Source: the human T2T-CHM13v2.0 reference genome, Homo sapiens
Length of the DNA: 64,000 nt
Strand: one strand, 5' to 3'
NCBI RefSeq assembly: GCF_009914755.1
Contig: NC_060926.1
Positions 12,611 to 27,582 of the stretch are shown in pieces. The position numbers and the translations under genes are program-made. The notes below the pieces were generated by a model. The model worked only from the letters and a program-made list of their open reading frames with translations, did no database searches and was not told the origin of the DNA. Within the stretch, counting starts at the first letter, position 1. Every line of letters starts with the position of its first letter.

Positions 12611-13404
12611 TTCCCCTACCCCTTGCCATAATCCTCTGGAAGGAGGGACCCTAGCAATGTACTCTGCAGGGCCCCAACACAGAGAACAAACAGGCAACTT
12701 TGTAATTAAAGATGGAGAAGGAGGGTCTCTTTTCCCACTGTCCCTAATGGAGACTCTTGGTGCTTATGCCCCAACAGATCACCACTATCTGCTCTATATC
12801 CTTGTCTCTCCACACACAATGTACCTTCCTCAACCCTAATACCCAATCCCCAGGGAAGATTGCTGAATTTGCTGGGGTGGCTAGAAATGTGCAAATTAGG
12901 TAGGCCCAGTGCCCATCCCCAGCCCCTTCCTTTCCTTTCTAACAGTCCTGGCAGAAAGTATAGGGCCCCTCTGGGTTGGAAGGTAGAAGAAAAATGATAG
13001 TGAAATTTAAGGAGCATGTACCCAGCAAATAGTCGTTGAACTGATTATTCTCCAGACAAGTCCACTGAACACATCACATCACATATCTTGTTCTCTCAGG
13101 CTTTCAGTCAATCCTTAATTCCTTCTCATTTTCATCTAACCCCTTTTCAGGTAGGGCCAGAAGCTAGTTCAGTACAACAAATGAAAAAGAGACACATTCA
13201 GACTCCTATGAAAAGACCATATCTAGCCTTTGCCCCTTAGATCTATCTGTAAGCTGCCTCACTCTCCCTGAATCACTTCCTGCATTTTGTCACTCCCTCA
13301 ACCAAGAACCTTCAATGTTTCCTCACTAACTCTTGGATTAACTCCAAATTTTTCATCATGGCGTGTCACAATTCCATACCATTCAGGCACTAGGCATGCA
13401 GTGC

Positions 13405-13495
13405 ATGTATGCATGCATGGATGGATGGAAGGATGGATGGATGGATGGAAGGATGGATGGATGGATAGCTGGACAAATGAATAAATGAATGAAAG
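13405..13495. repeat. (TGGA)n microsatellite
   Basis: direct inspection. Confidence 0.95.
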
Positions 13496-15982
13496 GCAAA
13501 ATAGATCCAACATGCAATTTCCCATTAGAACATTTTATCTGTGTCCATGGAGGTGTGGCAGTCATTTATTTGCCTCAGAAAAATGAAAGACCTCATCCCC
13601 TTTTCCTGCACATCCTGTACCCACCCCATACACACCCTTTATCATGATTGTCATATAGGTCTCTATTGTTTCTATGGCTCATAATAAAACCCATCTGCCT
13701 AGAGGGGCCAGGGGAAGGGTTGTACCCTACAATGTAAACGATCCTGGAGCCCCAGCACTAAGACTTCTAGGATTAATGAACAATGTTGCTCAAGTGAGGG
13801 CACTTCCTTCTCAGGGCTCCATTTCCTGGTTTGTGAAATTAAGGTCTTCAGATATGGAGCAGAGATGGGAGCCCAAAAACCCCTTTGTTTGGAAATAAGT
13901 AATATTCCCCAATTTCCTAGATACTCGCCATCTAGAAAGTGCAGCTGCTGAAAGAGATTTGGAAAATCCTCCGAAGTATTTGTGAATGCAGCGTCCTTGC
14001 AGGTAGCCAAAGGATAATGACTCCCACCCAAATCTTCATGAGAGGCTGGGGAAGTCCAAACTGGGCAGCTAATGAGAGGGGCCCCATGTTGTCCAAGTAG
14101 ACAGTCAAGGTCCAGGTAGACAGTCAAGGTCAACTCATCCCTGCTACTTCCTGCTGCTCCTACAACTGGGGCCATGTAGAGGAATGATTTGAGCAACCTG
14201 AAAGACAGTCTTTCCTTCCTCTCTCTGCATTCCTTAACCCTTTATGTCTCTGGGCCATAGACATATTGTCTTCTATGGTCAAATTAACCTAATGTCTCTC
14301 TTGTATCATTCTGAATCTTTTTAGTCATCCTAATGAAGAGCCTTGGGGACTATTTACTGCTCCTCAGTCAGTAGGAGTTGGATTTTATCTATTGTGAATT
14401 GTGAACAAGAGCTCTATTTGTTATTTTTTATTAGTGTACACTTCTTTCCTGATGATAGCTGTTTAATCATCCAGGATTAAGAAATAAGTGATTCTACAGA
14501 TGCTCCCTTGCTTGCTCCCCAAAATTACCCCTTACCTACCCTCCACCCTATGATACCTCCATCAGCGAAATAAGAGTGGTCCTTATGTGACCTCTCAACC
14601 ATCCCAAGGCCTGGTCCAGTACTGCTCTAGTGGACACATGAGTGTTGAGCTAAAACAGAACATCACATTGTGGACCTAATGGGATCTGGCCAAGAAGCTC
14701 CACATGGCCAGGGGTAAAGCACAGGGGTTAGAAATCATAGCCCTGTATTCTGCTTAGAGCCTGCTCCATGATTCTGTGTGGTCTCAGAGAGGTCTCTTTC
14801 CATCTCTGGGCCTCTGCTTTCCAGCTGTAAAGGAGGAAGAATTATCCTATTCACAACATCAACAAAAATTAGAAAGTGCCTGGGAAAAAACTTACCAGGA
14901 AATAAAAAAGAACAGTATGAACAAGGATATATAGAAGAGCTGACTCACTAAATGGGAAAATATGTGTTCATGTAAAGGTAAATCCCAGATCAATCTATAA
15001 ATGTATTGCAATGATTATTTTTAGGAAACTTGACAAGATGATTCTAAAATTGATATGCAAGAATAAATGCAGGCGAATGAAAACAACAAGCAAAAGAGGA
15101 CATTCACCCTACCAAACAAAATAACACCCTAGTAATTGTAGAAACATGGTATTAGCTCAGGGATAAGTGAGTAGATCAATGCAACAGAATAGAAAACCTA
15201 CAAATCAACTAATGTGTCATAGGCAGAACAATAGCTTCCCAAAGATGGTGTTCCTGGAACCTGTGATTATGTTAGGCTATGAGGTATATTAGCTTGCCAG
15301 GGCTGCCGTAACAAAATACCACAGACCAGGTAGCTTAAACAACAGCAATTTATTGTCCCACGGTACTGGAGCTGAAAGTCCAAGGTCAAGGAACAAACAG
15401 GGTTGCTTTTTCTCTGAGGCCTCTCTTACTGGCTTGCAGATGGATGCCCTATTGCTGCTTTTTCACATGGTCTTTTCCTCTGTACATGCACATCCCTGAT
15501 GTCTCTTCATGAGTCCAAATTTCCTCTTCTTATAAGGATGTCAGTCAGATTGGATTAAGGCACATCCATACGACCTCATTTTACCATAATTACCTCTTTA
15601 AAAGCCCTATCCTTCGATACAGTCACATTCTGAGATACCAGTGATTAGGGCTTCAACGTATGAACTGGAGGGGACAGGGGAATACAGTTCAGTCCATAAC
15701 ACATGGCAAGGAGGAATCAAGTTTGCAGATGGAATCAATCTGCTGACCTTGATTAAGATAGGAAGATTGCTATGGTTTGAATGCTTGTCCCCTCCAAATT
15801 GCATGTTGGAATTTAAACCCCAGTGTGGCAGTCAATTGAGAAGCAGAGTCTTTAAGAAGTGTTTGGCCCGGGCACGGTGGCTCACGCCTGTAATCCTAAC
15901 AGCAGAGTCTTTAAGAAGTGTTTGGCCCGGGCACGGTGGCTCACGCCTGTAATCCTAACAGCAGAGTCTTTAAGAAGTGTTT

Positions 15983-16368
<386 letters not shown>

Positions 16369-17669
16369 TTATGAGGACAGGAAGAGAGACCTGAGCTACC
16401 ATGCTTAGCACCCTGGACATGTGATGTCCTGTGCTGTCTTGGGACTCTGAAGAGAGTCCCTACCAGCAGGAAGACCCTCACTAGATGTGGCTGCCCAACC
16501 TTGGACTTCATAGCCTCCATAACTGTAAGACATAAAGTCTCTTTCTTTATAAATTACCCAGTTTTAGGTATTCTCTTATAAGCAACAGAAAACAGACAGA
16601 GATTATCACGGATCATCCACATGGGCCCAATGTAATCACAAAGGTTCATAAATGGAAGAGGTCATCATGAGAGTCAGCTTCAGAGTGATACAGCCTAAGA
16701 AAGACAACCAACCACTGATGAATTGAAGATGTAAGGGGGCCCTAAGCAAAGGAATGTGGCCAGCTGGAGACAGAATGACACGGATTCTCCCCTGGAGCCC
16801 CCAGATGGCTGCCTCCACACAGACCTGACAACACCTTGATTTTAGACTCTGACCTCCATAACTGTAATTAATAAATTTGTGTTGTTTGAAGCTGCTAAGT
16901 TTGTGTAACTGTTTACAACAGCAATAGAAACTAATACACCATGCATAGAAAGGAATTAAGATATGATAAAAGTAGCATTTCAAATAACTGGAGAAGGGTA
17001 TAGTATTTGGTAATATATAGACAATTAACTAGTCATCTGGCTAAAACACTAAACAAAATCAAATTTCTATGCCATGCCATTCACAAAAATAAAGTCCAGA
17101 TGGATTAAAAATCTAAACAATGTACACGTAAAAATACTGGAAGAAAATATCGGATAATGTGTTTATGACTTTGGAATAGGGAAGGGGAAAGACATAACCA
17201 AAAAATGAATAAAGTTTACAACAGTACAATATAAAACACTTCTATACAAAGACATCACAAGCAAAATCAAAAGGCAAGCAAAAAATGGCAGAAATACGTT
17301 TTCATCTTACGTATATTCTTTGAATTTTGTTGTTTTATTTTTCTTGACAGTGAATGTGAATTAGTTCATTAATTAAAAACAAAAAAAGGCAAAAAGAGTT
17401 GGAAAGAATCTCCTCTACCACCCTCTTTTCTTCCCAGGAATGAACTGGAATGAAAGGAAAAACTTTTTAAAATCAAAAACACTATGAGAACACAAGCCCG
17501 TGTTTTATTGAAGCAAAGAACAAATTATGATTTTGGAGGGCATTTCCTCATACAATCTTTCCCACATCCTCAAGCTCCTCTTTCTTAAAGACACCTGTGG
17601 AATGAGCTAAGGTCAGCCTGTGTTCATAGGAAAGTACTGCTGAAAAGCTAACCTATGTAGGGTCAGCCG

Positions 17670-18090
17670 AACATGTGGCAGAACTGGCCAATTATCTCTC
17701 CTTTTCCCACATCTTCCTGGGCACACAGCTAGACTACGTTTCCCAGCATCCCTTTGCAGTTAGCTATGTGCACATATCTGAGTTCTGTCCAATGGAATGT
17801 GGGCAAAGGTGCCACCTCTAGGCCTGGCACATGAAAACCTCATGTACTTCATGGTCTGTCCTCTTTTGCTGTTTTAATAAAGATGAATATGCAAACTTGG
17901 AAGACTTGAAGTTGCAAAGCCATAAAATGGAAAGAACTTGGATCCTTGAATCACTGCCTAGAGAGTCACCCACTGATCAGAAACACCCATATTGGGCTTT
18001 ATAAGAGCTAGAAAAAAAGTTGTATTTGAGCTCATATACATTTTTGAGCTTGCGTCTGATTCAGTAGCTAGTATTCCCTTAACTAACTCA
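17670..18090 (+). mobile_element. MLT1 (H/I/J-like) LTR
   Basis: 'ctagactacgtttcccagcatccc..tttgcagttag...gagttctgtccaatggaatgtgggc'. Confidence 0.7.
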
Positions 18091-18169
18091 GAAGCCAACC
18101 TGGCTTCTTTTGGCAAATTCCTTGGTCTGACACCTCCCCCAGCAGTTCAACTGAGCTAATTATTAAGCT

Positions 18170-19005
<836 letters not shown>

Positions 19006-22000
19006 ATACACCAACACGTTTGGAGCTACCTGGGGTTTCTCCATCATCCCAATGGTAATGATACCACAGTATGAGCCATAGATTTCTGTCTTCCTCCGTC
19101 CAGCACCTGAGCCTTGCCTACCTTTTGCCACATGCAGAGGAGAAGCAAATCACAAAACGTGTCTCCCTGCCTCCTGCTGGCATTCAACAGACCTCACCTA
19201 GGGCTGCAAACTGGAGCTATGAAGACCCAGCAGAGTATGTTTTGTCCCCTATGCCCACAGTGGCATCGCTGGGACGACCACACATTGGAGTACCACCTCC
19301 ACTCCAAGGAAAAGCAGGGGAGCCACAGAAACAAATTCTCCACTGCTGCCCTTTGAAACCATGCTTTGAAATGTCCACCCAATTTACCCCCTTTCTGATC
19401 TAAATTCTACACCAGAGTAGGGGACACATAGCCTAGAAGGAAGGGCTGCTGTGACACTGGAAGCTCCTTAAAGACCAGATTTTTTTCATATGTGTCTCCC
19501 GTCCCAAGGCACAAATATGAACTTGCATCTGAAGCTGAATAGCTCTTTAGATAACGCATGCTTGCATTTATTCTCTTTGCCTTTCGCATAGTAGACATTC
19601 AGTGAGCCTATCAGGACTGGAGTGGAATGGAATTAGATTGGGAGGAAGCTGCCAGTTGAAAAGTCACTTTTTCTAAAAAGCCTTCTCCTATTCCCCTGGA
19701 GAGAGGGAGATGCTTTTTATTCCCTTCTCTGTGTTTCCACAGCTCTTGGTGCTTCTATTTCATCCCTTGTCATGCCGAGTTGCAATTTATGTTTCCCTTC
19801 TGCCTTCCCAATATACCAAGAACCTGCCATATGCAAAGTCGCCATGTCTTTTTCATTGTTGTATCTCCAGGCCTGGTACCCGTAGGTGTTCAAAGGATAA
19901 GTAAATTAATGAACAAACCCTAGCCTAATGGAGCAGCTTTTCAATCAAAATGAATTATAGCTCTAAGTGCATTAACCTTTAGAGGTAAATAGATGAATAA
20001 GAAATGTGCTAAAGGGCACTGTAAAGGGCATCAATTTCACCCTTAGCACTGTAAAGGGCATCAATTTCACCCTTCCAATGTAGGAAAAAACCTTCCAAAG
20101 GATTCCAGATTTGAATCCTTGATTTAAATACCCCCTGAATTCAGAAGTTTATTGCCTTAGTAAAACAGTCCATTTCACTGTTAGACAGCTTTAATTATTC
20201 AAATGTTTTTCCCTCTAGTCAGCTTAAACCTTCCTTCTAATAATCCCTTTGTGGGCTCTGGTTGCAGCCTCCAGAGAAAACATTGCTAAAATACTTCTAA
20301 TCCATAGCAGAGATTCTAGAAGATGCCATGGTCCTCCACCCCGGACTACTTCTGATCTGTTGCCTATGGCAAGTATCTTGTACATCACACATCCAGTGCA
20401 TTTTGCTGCCCTTAGCTAGGATTATCAAATATCCATTCTAGTCCATTCTGAAGAATATCCACAAAAAACAAATCCAACCTATTTCTCTATTTTTGGTCCT
20501 AGGGCTGAAACATCTTAGATCTCAGTTCTAACTTAAATTCTTTCCTTTTTTATTTTTTTTAAGTCTCTCTATTCTTTCAGTGAAGAAAGAACTTTTTTGG
20601 CTCCTATCCACTCTGTAAAGAATAACTAAGTCCTCTCTTTTTCTCCTCCCCGAAAACATGCCCTTGGCAACCCAGCCTTCTCTTTTATGAGCTGACTCAT
20701 AGGTTCTGAGTGAAAAAAGCCCTTCCTTAAACACCCTCTACTGCCACGTGTGGATGAGGCTGCAGTATCCCAGTGACCAATGGAGCCAGGAAGTCGTGGC
20801 TCTGTGAACTGTGCCAGCATGACCCAGGACACTTCATGAGTCCCTTGTGCCCAAAACGTCACCACTTGGGCAACTACGTGTGGAAGCACCACCTCCACTA
20901 GGGGCTGGAAGGACGTGAGAACCAGCAGGTCTCTCCTGGCAGACCTATTGTAGGCTCCAACCCTCCCATGCTGGCCAGCCCTGAAGAGCACCAGCCCCCA
21001 TGCCATGAACTTAATTACTTTGCAAGAGGACAGTTTGTAGCTGGACTTCCTCTTTGTTCTCACAGAAAGCTGAGAGTGGGCACCAGAACAAAGGCGGGTT
21101 TTTGCAAAACACAGGCAGGAGAGAACCCATGCTGCAAATCTGGGTCTGGGTCCATGTGTGGAAGGGATTGGGGAAGCACAAGGATGGGGCTCAGAAGGAA
21201 CTGAATCCCTACCTGAGTGCTCATGCAGTGCCCTACCTGAGATCCCATTAGACCCAGACATAGCTGAACTGATTTACGCAAGCTTAGAGAAAAAAGTGTC
21301 TTTAGGGCTTCTGTCTCCCATCTCCCTGATTTTAGAAGACGATTTTTTTAAAGGTATCTTCTTTTATTTTTTTAAAATGTAGTAAGTTGAAAGGGGTGTG
21401 AAATTTGCATTGCTCACCTGATCAAGAGCTTTAACCCTCATTATTAGAATGTTCTTTATGTCTAGCCTAAATCCCTAAAGCTACTTCATGAGGTAAGTCT
21501 ATGGAGACTCATAAGTGGTTACTGGGGCATCCTTTAATGTGATAGATCAGGACTGATGGTCCTCTCACTCCTTTGGCTCCCCCTCCTTACCTATCTGAGA
21601 AGAAATTCCTTTGGCGTATGAACTCTGTGAGGTCATGTTGAGAGGTCACCAGTATTAGCAAGGGAAAGGCTTACGTGTGGAATCTGTGCTCCACACTGAG
21701 AAACCTGAACTAGCACCACCTACTTCTACAGAGGTCTGGAGGGCTTCTCTGACTCACAGTGGCCAGGAAGGGTGGGGAGAGAGTCAGAGGGAGTGCCCCA
21801 AAGTAGGGACGAAAAGAGAAAAGGAGACAAGTGCGAGGAGGGACTCCTTGGTGCCTATCCAAGCCTGGCAATCTATGGGCTGAAAGATAATTCTGCAGGT
21901 AATATAATCTTTGTCACTACCACCCCACACCTTGGCTCTGTGTGTTTGCAGTTACACAAAATTCTTTACTTCCTGAAATGGCTGCAGCTGCTCTCTCTTC

Positions 22001-24654
22001 TTCAGGGCATGATACGCATATGTGTGGGTCCTTCCTGTATGTCAAGGTCACTTCCAAATCATCCTTGGTTTTCTTTCTCCAGGATGGCTCTCTATTCTTT
22101 ACCTTTCATCCCAGAAGTTTTAAAGAAGGAGGAGGAAAGGAAACTCATGAATTGAATGTCTAGCGTGAACTAGGAAATGAGAGAAAGCCTTACATAAATG
22201 TTTTTCTTTCGTCCTCCTAGCCACTCTCAAAAGTAGGTGAAATTTTATCACCAGAGGGTTAACAACTTCTCTCGATGAGGAAAGTGAGGCTGGGAAATAA
22301 AACGAATGGCCCAGGGTCACAGAGCTGGCAAGTGGTCATTGTCAGATTAATCCCTGGATCTGTCAGACTCCAAAGACACAGGCTTCATGGTGCTCCACTA
22401 GCTTTGAGTCTCCTCTACCAACCCTGACCCGCTTCTATGTCCCCCACAGTCCTTTAGCTCCACCATGGATCTCAGTACCTCACTTGGATCAGAGCATACA
22501 GAGAAAACAGCTTCATGTAGCCAACGTGGCTCAAGATAACCCCTAGCTCTGGGACCAGACTTATGCATGAGACTGGAGGAAGATCCCAGGAGAAGATCAG
22601 GCATCTCAATGGAAACTTTAGCCATAGCCCCAGAGGCTCAAGGATGAGGAAGGGGACCTACCTCATGTGATACTTGATTTTCTCTGGAAATCACTGTGTG
22701 TGGTACCCATGGCCCAACCTCCATAATTACCATAGTGTATCAGGAAGATACATTTCCCAAATGTAGTGTATTCCCAAAACTCTGTTTTCCTCTTTAAAGA
22801 ATAACTGTGACTCCTAGAGAAATCTCTGGATATATGTAATGCTATGAAGACAATAACCAGGCCATAGAATCACAGACTATCAAAGCTAGACAGGATCTCA
22901 GAGTTCACCCAGCCAAACCTCCTTATTTCAGCCCTGGGAATTAATAACTCAGAAAGGAAAAGTCTCCCACAACTTAGACTGTGGCAGAAAGTGAGCTCAA
23001 TCCCAAGTGTCCCAGATCAAGTGACCTAGTTAGGTTTCCTTCCAGCTCTTGGGTGCCATGGTGGCAGTAGACATAGCTGTTACAGGAAACCAGGACCAAA
23101 CTCAAGCACTTTCCACTATCTGGGAATGAAGTCCTGGCTTTCTCCAAACATTGCCAGGCTTCCTCCCATGCCAGTGTCATCCTTCCCCTGGGACCCAGCC
23201 AGAGAAGATTTCTGCTCCCTTCCTGATCTCCAATGTCACAAAACCACAGCCTCAGCTTGTATTCTTCCCCACTGTTACTACACTGTCTGGGTCAAAGGAG
23301 GCAGAAAGAAGACTGCACTGGGGTAAGGCACTCAAAATGGCAGGGTGGTGAGCTCAAGGACAGAGTTAGGGCTCACAGAGTGAGACACGGGAGGCCAAGT
23401 TCTCTATGCAGAGCTTTGGGAAGATTAATAACCATGGAGGGAACTCCATCAAACTACAGGGAGTCTATTCCTCTATTATCATAGAGCTCTTTGACCCTAA
23501 CTCATGGGACCCCTTTTTCAAGACACAGGACTCCCTTGACAGACTCTGACTTCAGATTTGTGTTTGTTTGTTGTTAGTATCAAGAAGAAAAGAGCTTAGC
23601 TGAAAAGACGGGTTTTTTTTGTTTTTGTTTTTGTTTTTAAAAACTCACCTGGGGAGGGCCCAGGCCACTTCATCAGGCCACAGTTTGCCTAGGAGACCCT
23701 CCTGGGATCCTGACACCCAAGAGTCCCCTCCCAGCCCACAGAGCAGGCTGGTCCTCCGTGTCCTGGGGTGTGTGAGCTTCCCCCAAGTTTGCCTGCCGCC
23801 CACTGACTTCCATGTCAGGTTACAAAACAGCAGCCAGCTCACAGTTTCCCTAAACATGCTCAAATATTATCTTACCATGGAGGGGGGTTATCTGACACAA
23901 ACATCTTGCCACGTAGCTCAGAAAAATAGCCTGACAGCCACAAAAAGGTAAATAGAGACATCAAACTCATGCCAGCAGGGCCAGCAGCAACACAGCCCTT
24001 GACCTGGAAGTTCTAGGATAGTTCTCAACAGTTCTCAAATGTAAACACTTCTCCTCCTCCTGTTTCCCCCTCTTCTCCCTCTCTGTTTTCTTTCCTAAGG
24101 ATTAAGAGATTTCATTTTCATTGTTCCATAGATGCAAAGGGAGGTCTTTCTGAGCCAACAACAAGTACTGTGTGTTCCTTACGGTTTGGAAATCACTTGA
24201 AACACTGTGTCCCCTCCCCGCCAACCATCCCACGCTGTACCCCAACCTTCGGAGTCCTCCTATCAGAGTCCCCTGAAGGCTGCTGCAGAAGCAGAGTCTT
24301 TTTCCAGCCCACCTGACCATCTGAAAGTCAGAGCAGACCAGTGGATATATTGCCTTTCTATTTGAGATAAGGGATGAGTGCTTATGAGTTGGGTGATAGA
24401 AGGAAGGAAGAGACAGGGCTTCCTCTAAGACCTCTTTCAAAGCCCCCATGTCTCCACACACCTTTGAGGCCGGGTTGGGATCCTGACTGCCTGAGTGGGG
24501 GCTAAGGGTGACCACAGGCATTAGGCAGCCTCTCTTCTCTCTTGGGCCGGCTGGCCCCTACTAAGTAAGCTTCTGGAGGAAGCAAAGGTAGATGTCAAGA
24601 GCTCGAGCATAGCCAAGAAGAGAGAGCAGGGTCTTGCCGAGGTCTGGTTATTCT

Positions 24655-25085
24655 CCATTTGCCCGACAGTTCGCTCCAGATCCATTTTCTACTCTGTTCT
24701 ATGCCCTGGGAGCATGATCCCTGGAAACTACTTCTCCCATTGCCTTCTGGCTCCAGCTGGACTGAGCCAATGGCACTCTCCGGGAGGTGACTGGAGAGCA
24801 GCAGAAGAGAGAAGCCCCTTCTTGTTGTGCTGCATTTTTGGCAGCAGCCATGTGTGTCCACAGCACCGGCTCCCCCAGACAGCCCATCCTCCGCAAGCCC
24901 AGCTCTCGCCAAGCCCACAGAACACTGATTCCTCCACTTGCCTCTGCAGCCCTAGAAGCGATCACTGCTTCTTGCTGCTGCTAGTCTCTGGTGCCTCAAC
25001 TTCCCCTGTGTGCTCCTTTAACATCCTGCCCACACTTCTGTAGCAGCCTCTTCATTTAAGTCTTTTTGTTTGAACCATCTTGGTA
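24655..25085 (+). mobile_element. ERVL-class LTR (LTR16/33/41-like)
   Basis: 'gccttctggctccagctggactgagccaatgg...ggagagcagcagaagagagaag'. Confidence 0.55.
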
Positions 25086-25232
25086 CACCTGGTATGTTCA
25101 ATGCAAGTGTGGAGGTTAAAATAAGGGGCTAGGATGTTAACCCCACAGAGGTCATACTGTGATCAGGAAAGAGTAGAAAGTTTAGCCAGGCTGATACTTT
25201 CATCCCAGATGACTACTGGAGATGGCTCTAGA

Positions 25233-25760
25233 ACAGTGGTTCTCAAAGTGTGATAACCAAATTAGCAGCATCGGCATCACCTGGAAACTTGTTGGAACTG
25301 CAAACCATGGGGCAATACCCCAGACCTGCTGAATCACTAAGTCTGGGAGTGGGATCCAACAATCTTAGTTTTAACAAGATTTAGTTTTATGACTGTAATC
25401 CCAGCACTTTGAGAGGCCAAGGCAGAGAGATCACTTAAGCCCAGGAGTTCAAGACCAGCCTGGGTAACATGCAGAAACCGCATCTCTACAAAAAATACAA
25501 AAAAAAAAAAAAAATAGCTGGACATAATGGCAAACACCTGTAGTCCCAGCTACTCAGGAGGCTGAGGGGGGAGGATGGCTTGAGCCTAGGAGGCTGAGGT
25601 TGCAGTGAGCCGAGATCACACTACTACACTCCAGCCTGGTTGCAGAGCAAGACCCCGTCAAAAAAAAAAAAAATTTAGTTTTAACAATATATTTTAAAAT
25701 TTAATTTTAACCATCACCTGCAGGTGATTCTCATACACAATAAAGTTTGAGAAACACTAC
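25233..25760. mobile_element. MER5A (hAT-Charlie) interrupted by a 5'-truncated AluJ (25392-25672, +)
   Basis: termini 'cagtggttctcaaagtg' and 'aagtttgagaaacact'; Alu body in between. Confidence 0.85.
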
Positions 25761-26329
25761 TCTGGAACCTGAAGAGTTGTGGACACTATTGGGAAGCACC
25801 TCTCTATCTCTGCTTTCCCTGCCTATTTTCTTTCCCATCCTGAAGGGAGGCAGATAAGAAAACAGAACAACCAGATTTTCCCCACAGAATCACAGAAATT
25901 GGGGTCCTGCCTTTGGTCATCCAAAGATGACCCTGCAGATGGCATTTACCACCTGGGTGGTAGCTTAGGCTGAAGAGGCCACTATGAGTGGACAGCCCTT
26001 TGCCATACTGTAGAAAGGGAACAGATGCTTTTGACGTGGTCAGTAGCTGGTGCTCCCCATGTCTGCTGCTCTCTCAGATTTATGGCACATAAACACTTTA
26101 GATCAGTCCAGACTCTTTGTTCTCAAACGCATAAGTCAACAGCACCTTTGCTGCAGATTCTGCCTAACTACTGTCTTCCAGCTGTGCCCAGCTGTGTCCC
26201 ACAGACTGAAGTGCTGTGCTTTGTAATGGTTAGGAAAGTTTTGCACCCTCTCTCTGCTCACATGTGGCCTATTCTCACCATCTCTATACCAGCTGCTTGG
26301 GAGCCAGTTCACATTTGTAATGGAAACAT

Positions 26330-26830
26330 TGGACTCTGAGGAAAAGACAGGCTGCAGTTTAAATCCATTGTACCAACTGTGTCCATAACCAGTAACTTTA
26401 CTTTGCACCTGTTTCCTTCATTCATAAAATGGGGTAATATCCATCTTTCAGGGTAGGCTAGGAGTTAATTGAGGTGACATGCATACAATGCCTTAGCACA
26501 AGAAGTGGCACATCCTAGGTGTCAATAAAAACTTTCCCTTTCTTTCCACTCCTGCTCCTTGCAGACCAGTACCCTGTATTTTCTATGATGAAGTGTGGAG
26601 TGTAGTAAATGGGACAGGACCTGCAGTTAGAATGCCTGTGCTTGTCCCAGCACTGCCACTTACTATCTGTGACTCTAGGCAATCTATTTAACTTTTATCT
26701 GCCTCAATTTTCTCATCTATAAAATGGGGATGATAACAGTATCTACCTTGCTGGAGGATTGTCATGTTTAAATCCTAACATATATAAACCTAGTGTATCT
26801 AGTTAACACTCTGAAGATGTCAGCTATTAT
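26330..26830 (+). mobile_element. Two MIR SINE fragments
   Basis: 'ctgccacttactatctgtgactctaggc...cctcaattttctcatctataaaatggggat'. Confidence 0.8.
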
Positions 26831-27107
26831 TGTTCATTATTAATAATTTATTATTAAGATGAATGTAATTATTCATTATCAATATTATTACTATATATTC
26901 CAAGTGAAAAACTGAGACACAACACCTACCAGTATGAGCCAACAAACAGTGACAGTGGGGCAGAATATTTGAAACTGGGGCTACATGAATGTGCCTCTTT
27001 GTATCTTGCTCATCCCTGCCTGTGTTTGAAAAAAAAAATTAATATGAATCTTGAGTGAGAGTTTAGGAAGATGGAGGGAAGAAGACCAGCAAAGAAGGCA
27101 CGAAGAA

Positions 27108-27582
27108 CGTGGATGGACCTGAAGGACATTATGCTAAGTAAAATAAGCCAGGCACAGAAAGACAAATACAGTATGATCTCACTTATATGTGATATCTAAC
27201 AAATTTGACCTCATAGAAACAGAGACTAGAAAGGTGGTTATCAGAGGCTGAGGGGGAGGAGGTGGAATGGGAAAGAAGATGTTGGTCAATGGGTACAAAG
27301 TTTCAGTTAGACAGGAAGAATAAGATATTTTAGTGATCCATTGCACTGCATGATGACCACAGTTCCTAATGTATTGTATAGTTCAAAAATGCTAAAGGAA
27401 TAGATGTTTAATGTCCTCACCATGAAAAACATTGCTAAGTTGGCAAGGTGATAGATATGTTAATTAGATTAACCCTTTCTATAATATATACATAGATCAA
27501 AACATCACATGGTACTCTCTTAAATAAACACAATTATTATTTGTTTTAAATTAATAAATTTAAATTTTTAATTTTAAAAAAG
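27108..27582 (+). mobile_element. L1M (L1MA/MB) 3' end
   Basis: 'gtggatggacctgaaggacattatgctaagtaaaataagccaggcacagaaagacaaata'. Confidence 0.88.
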
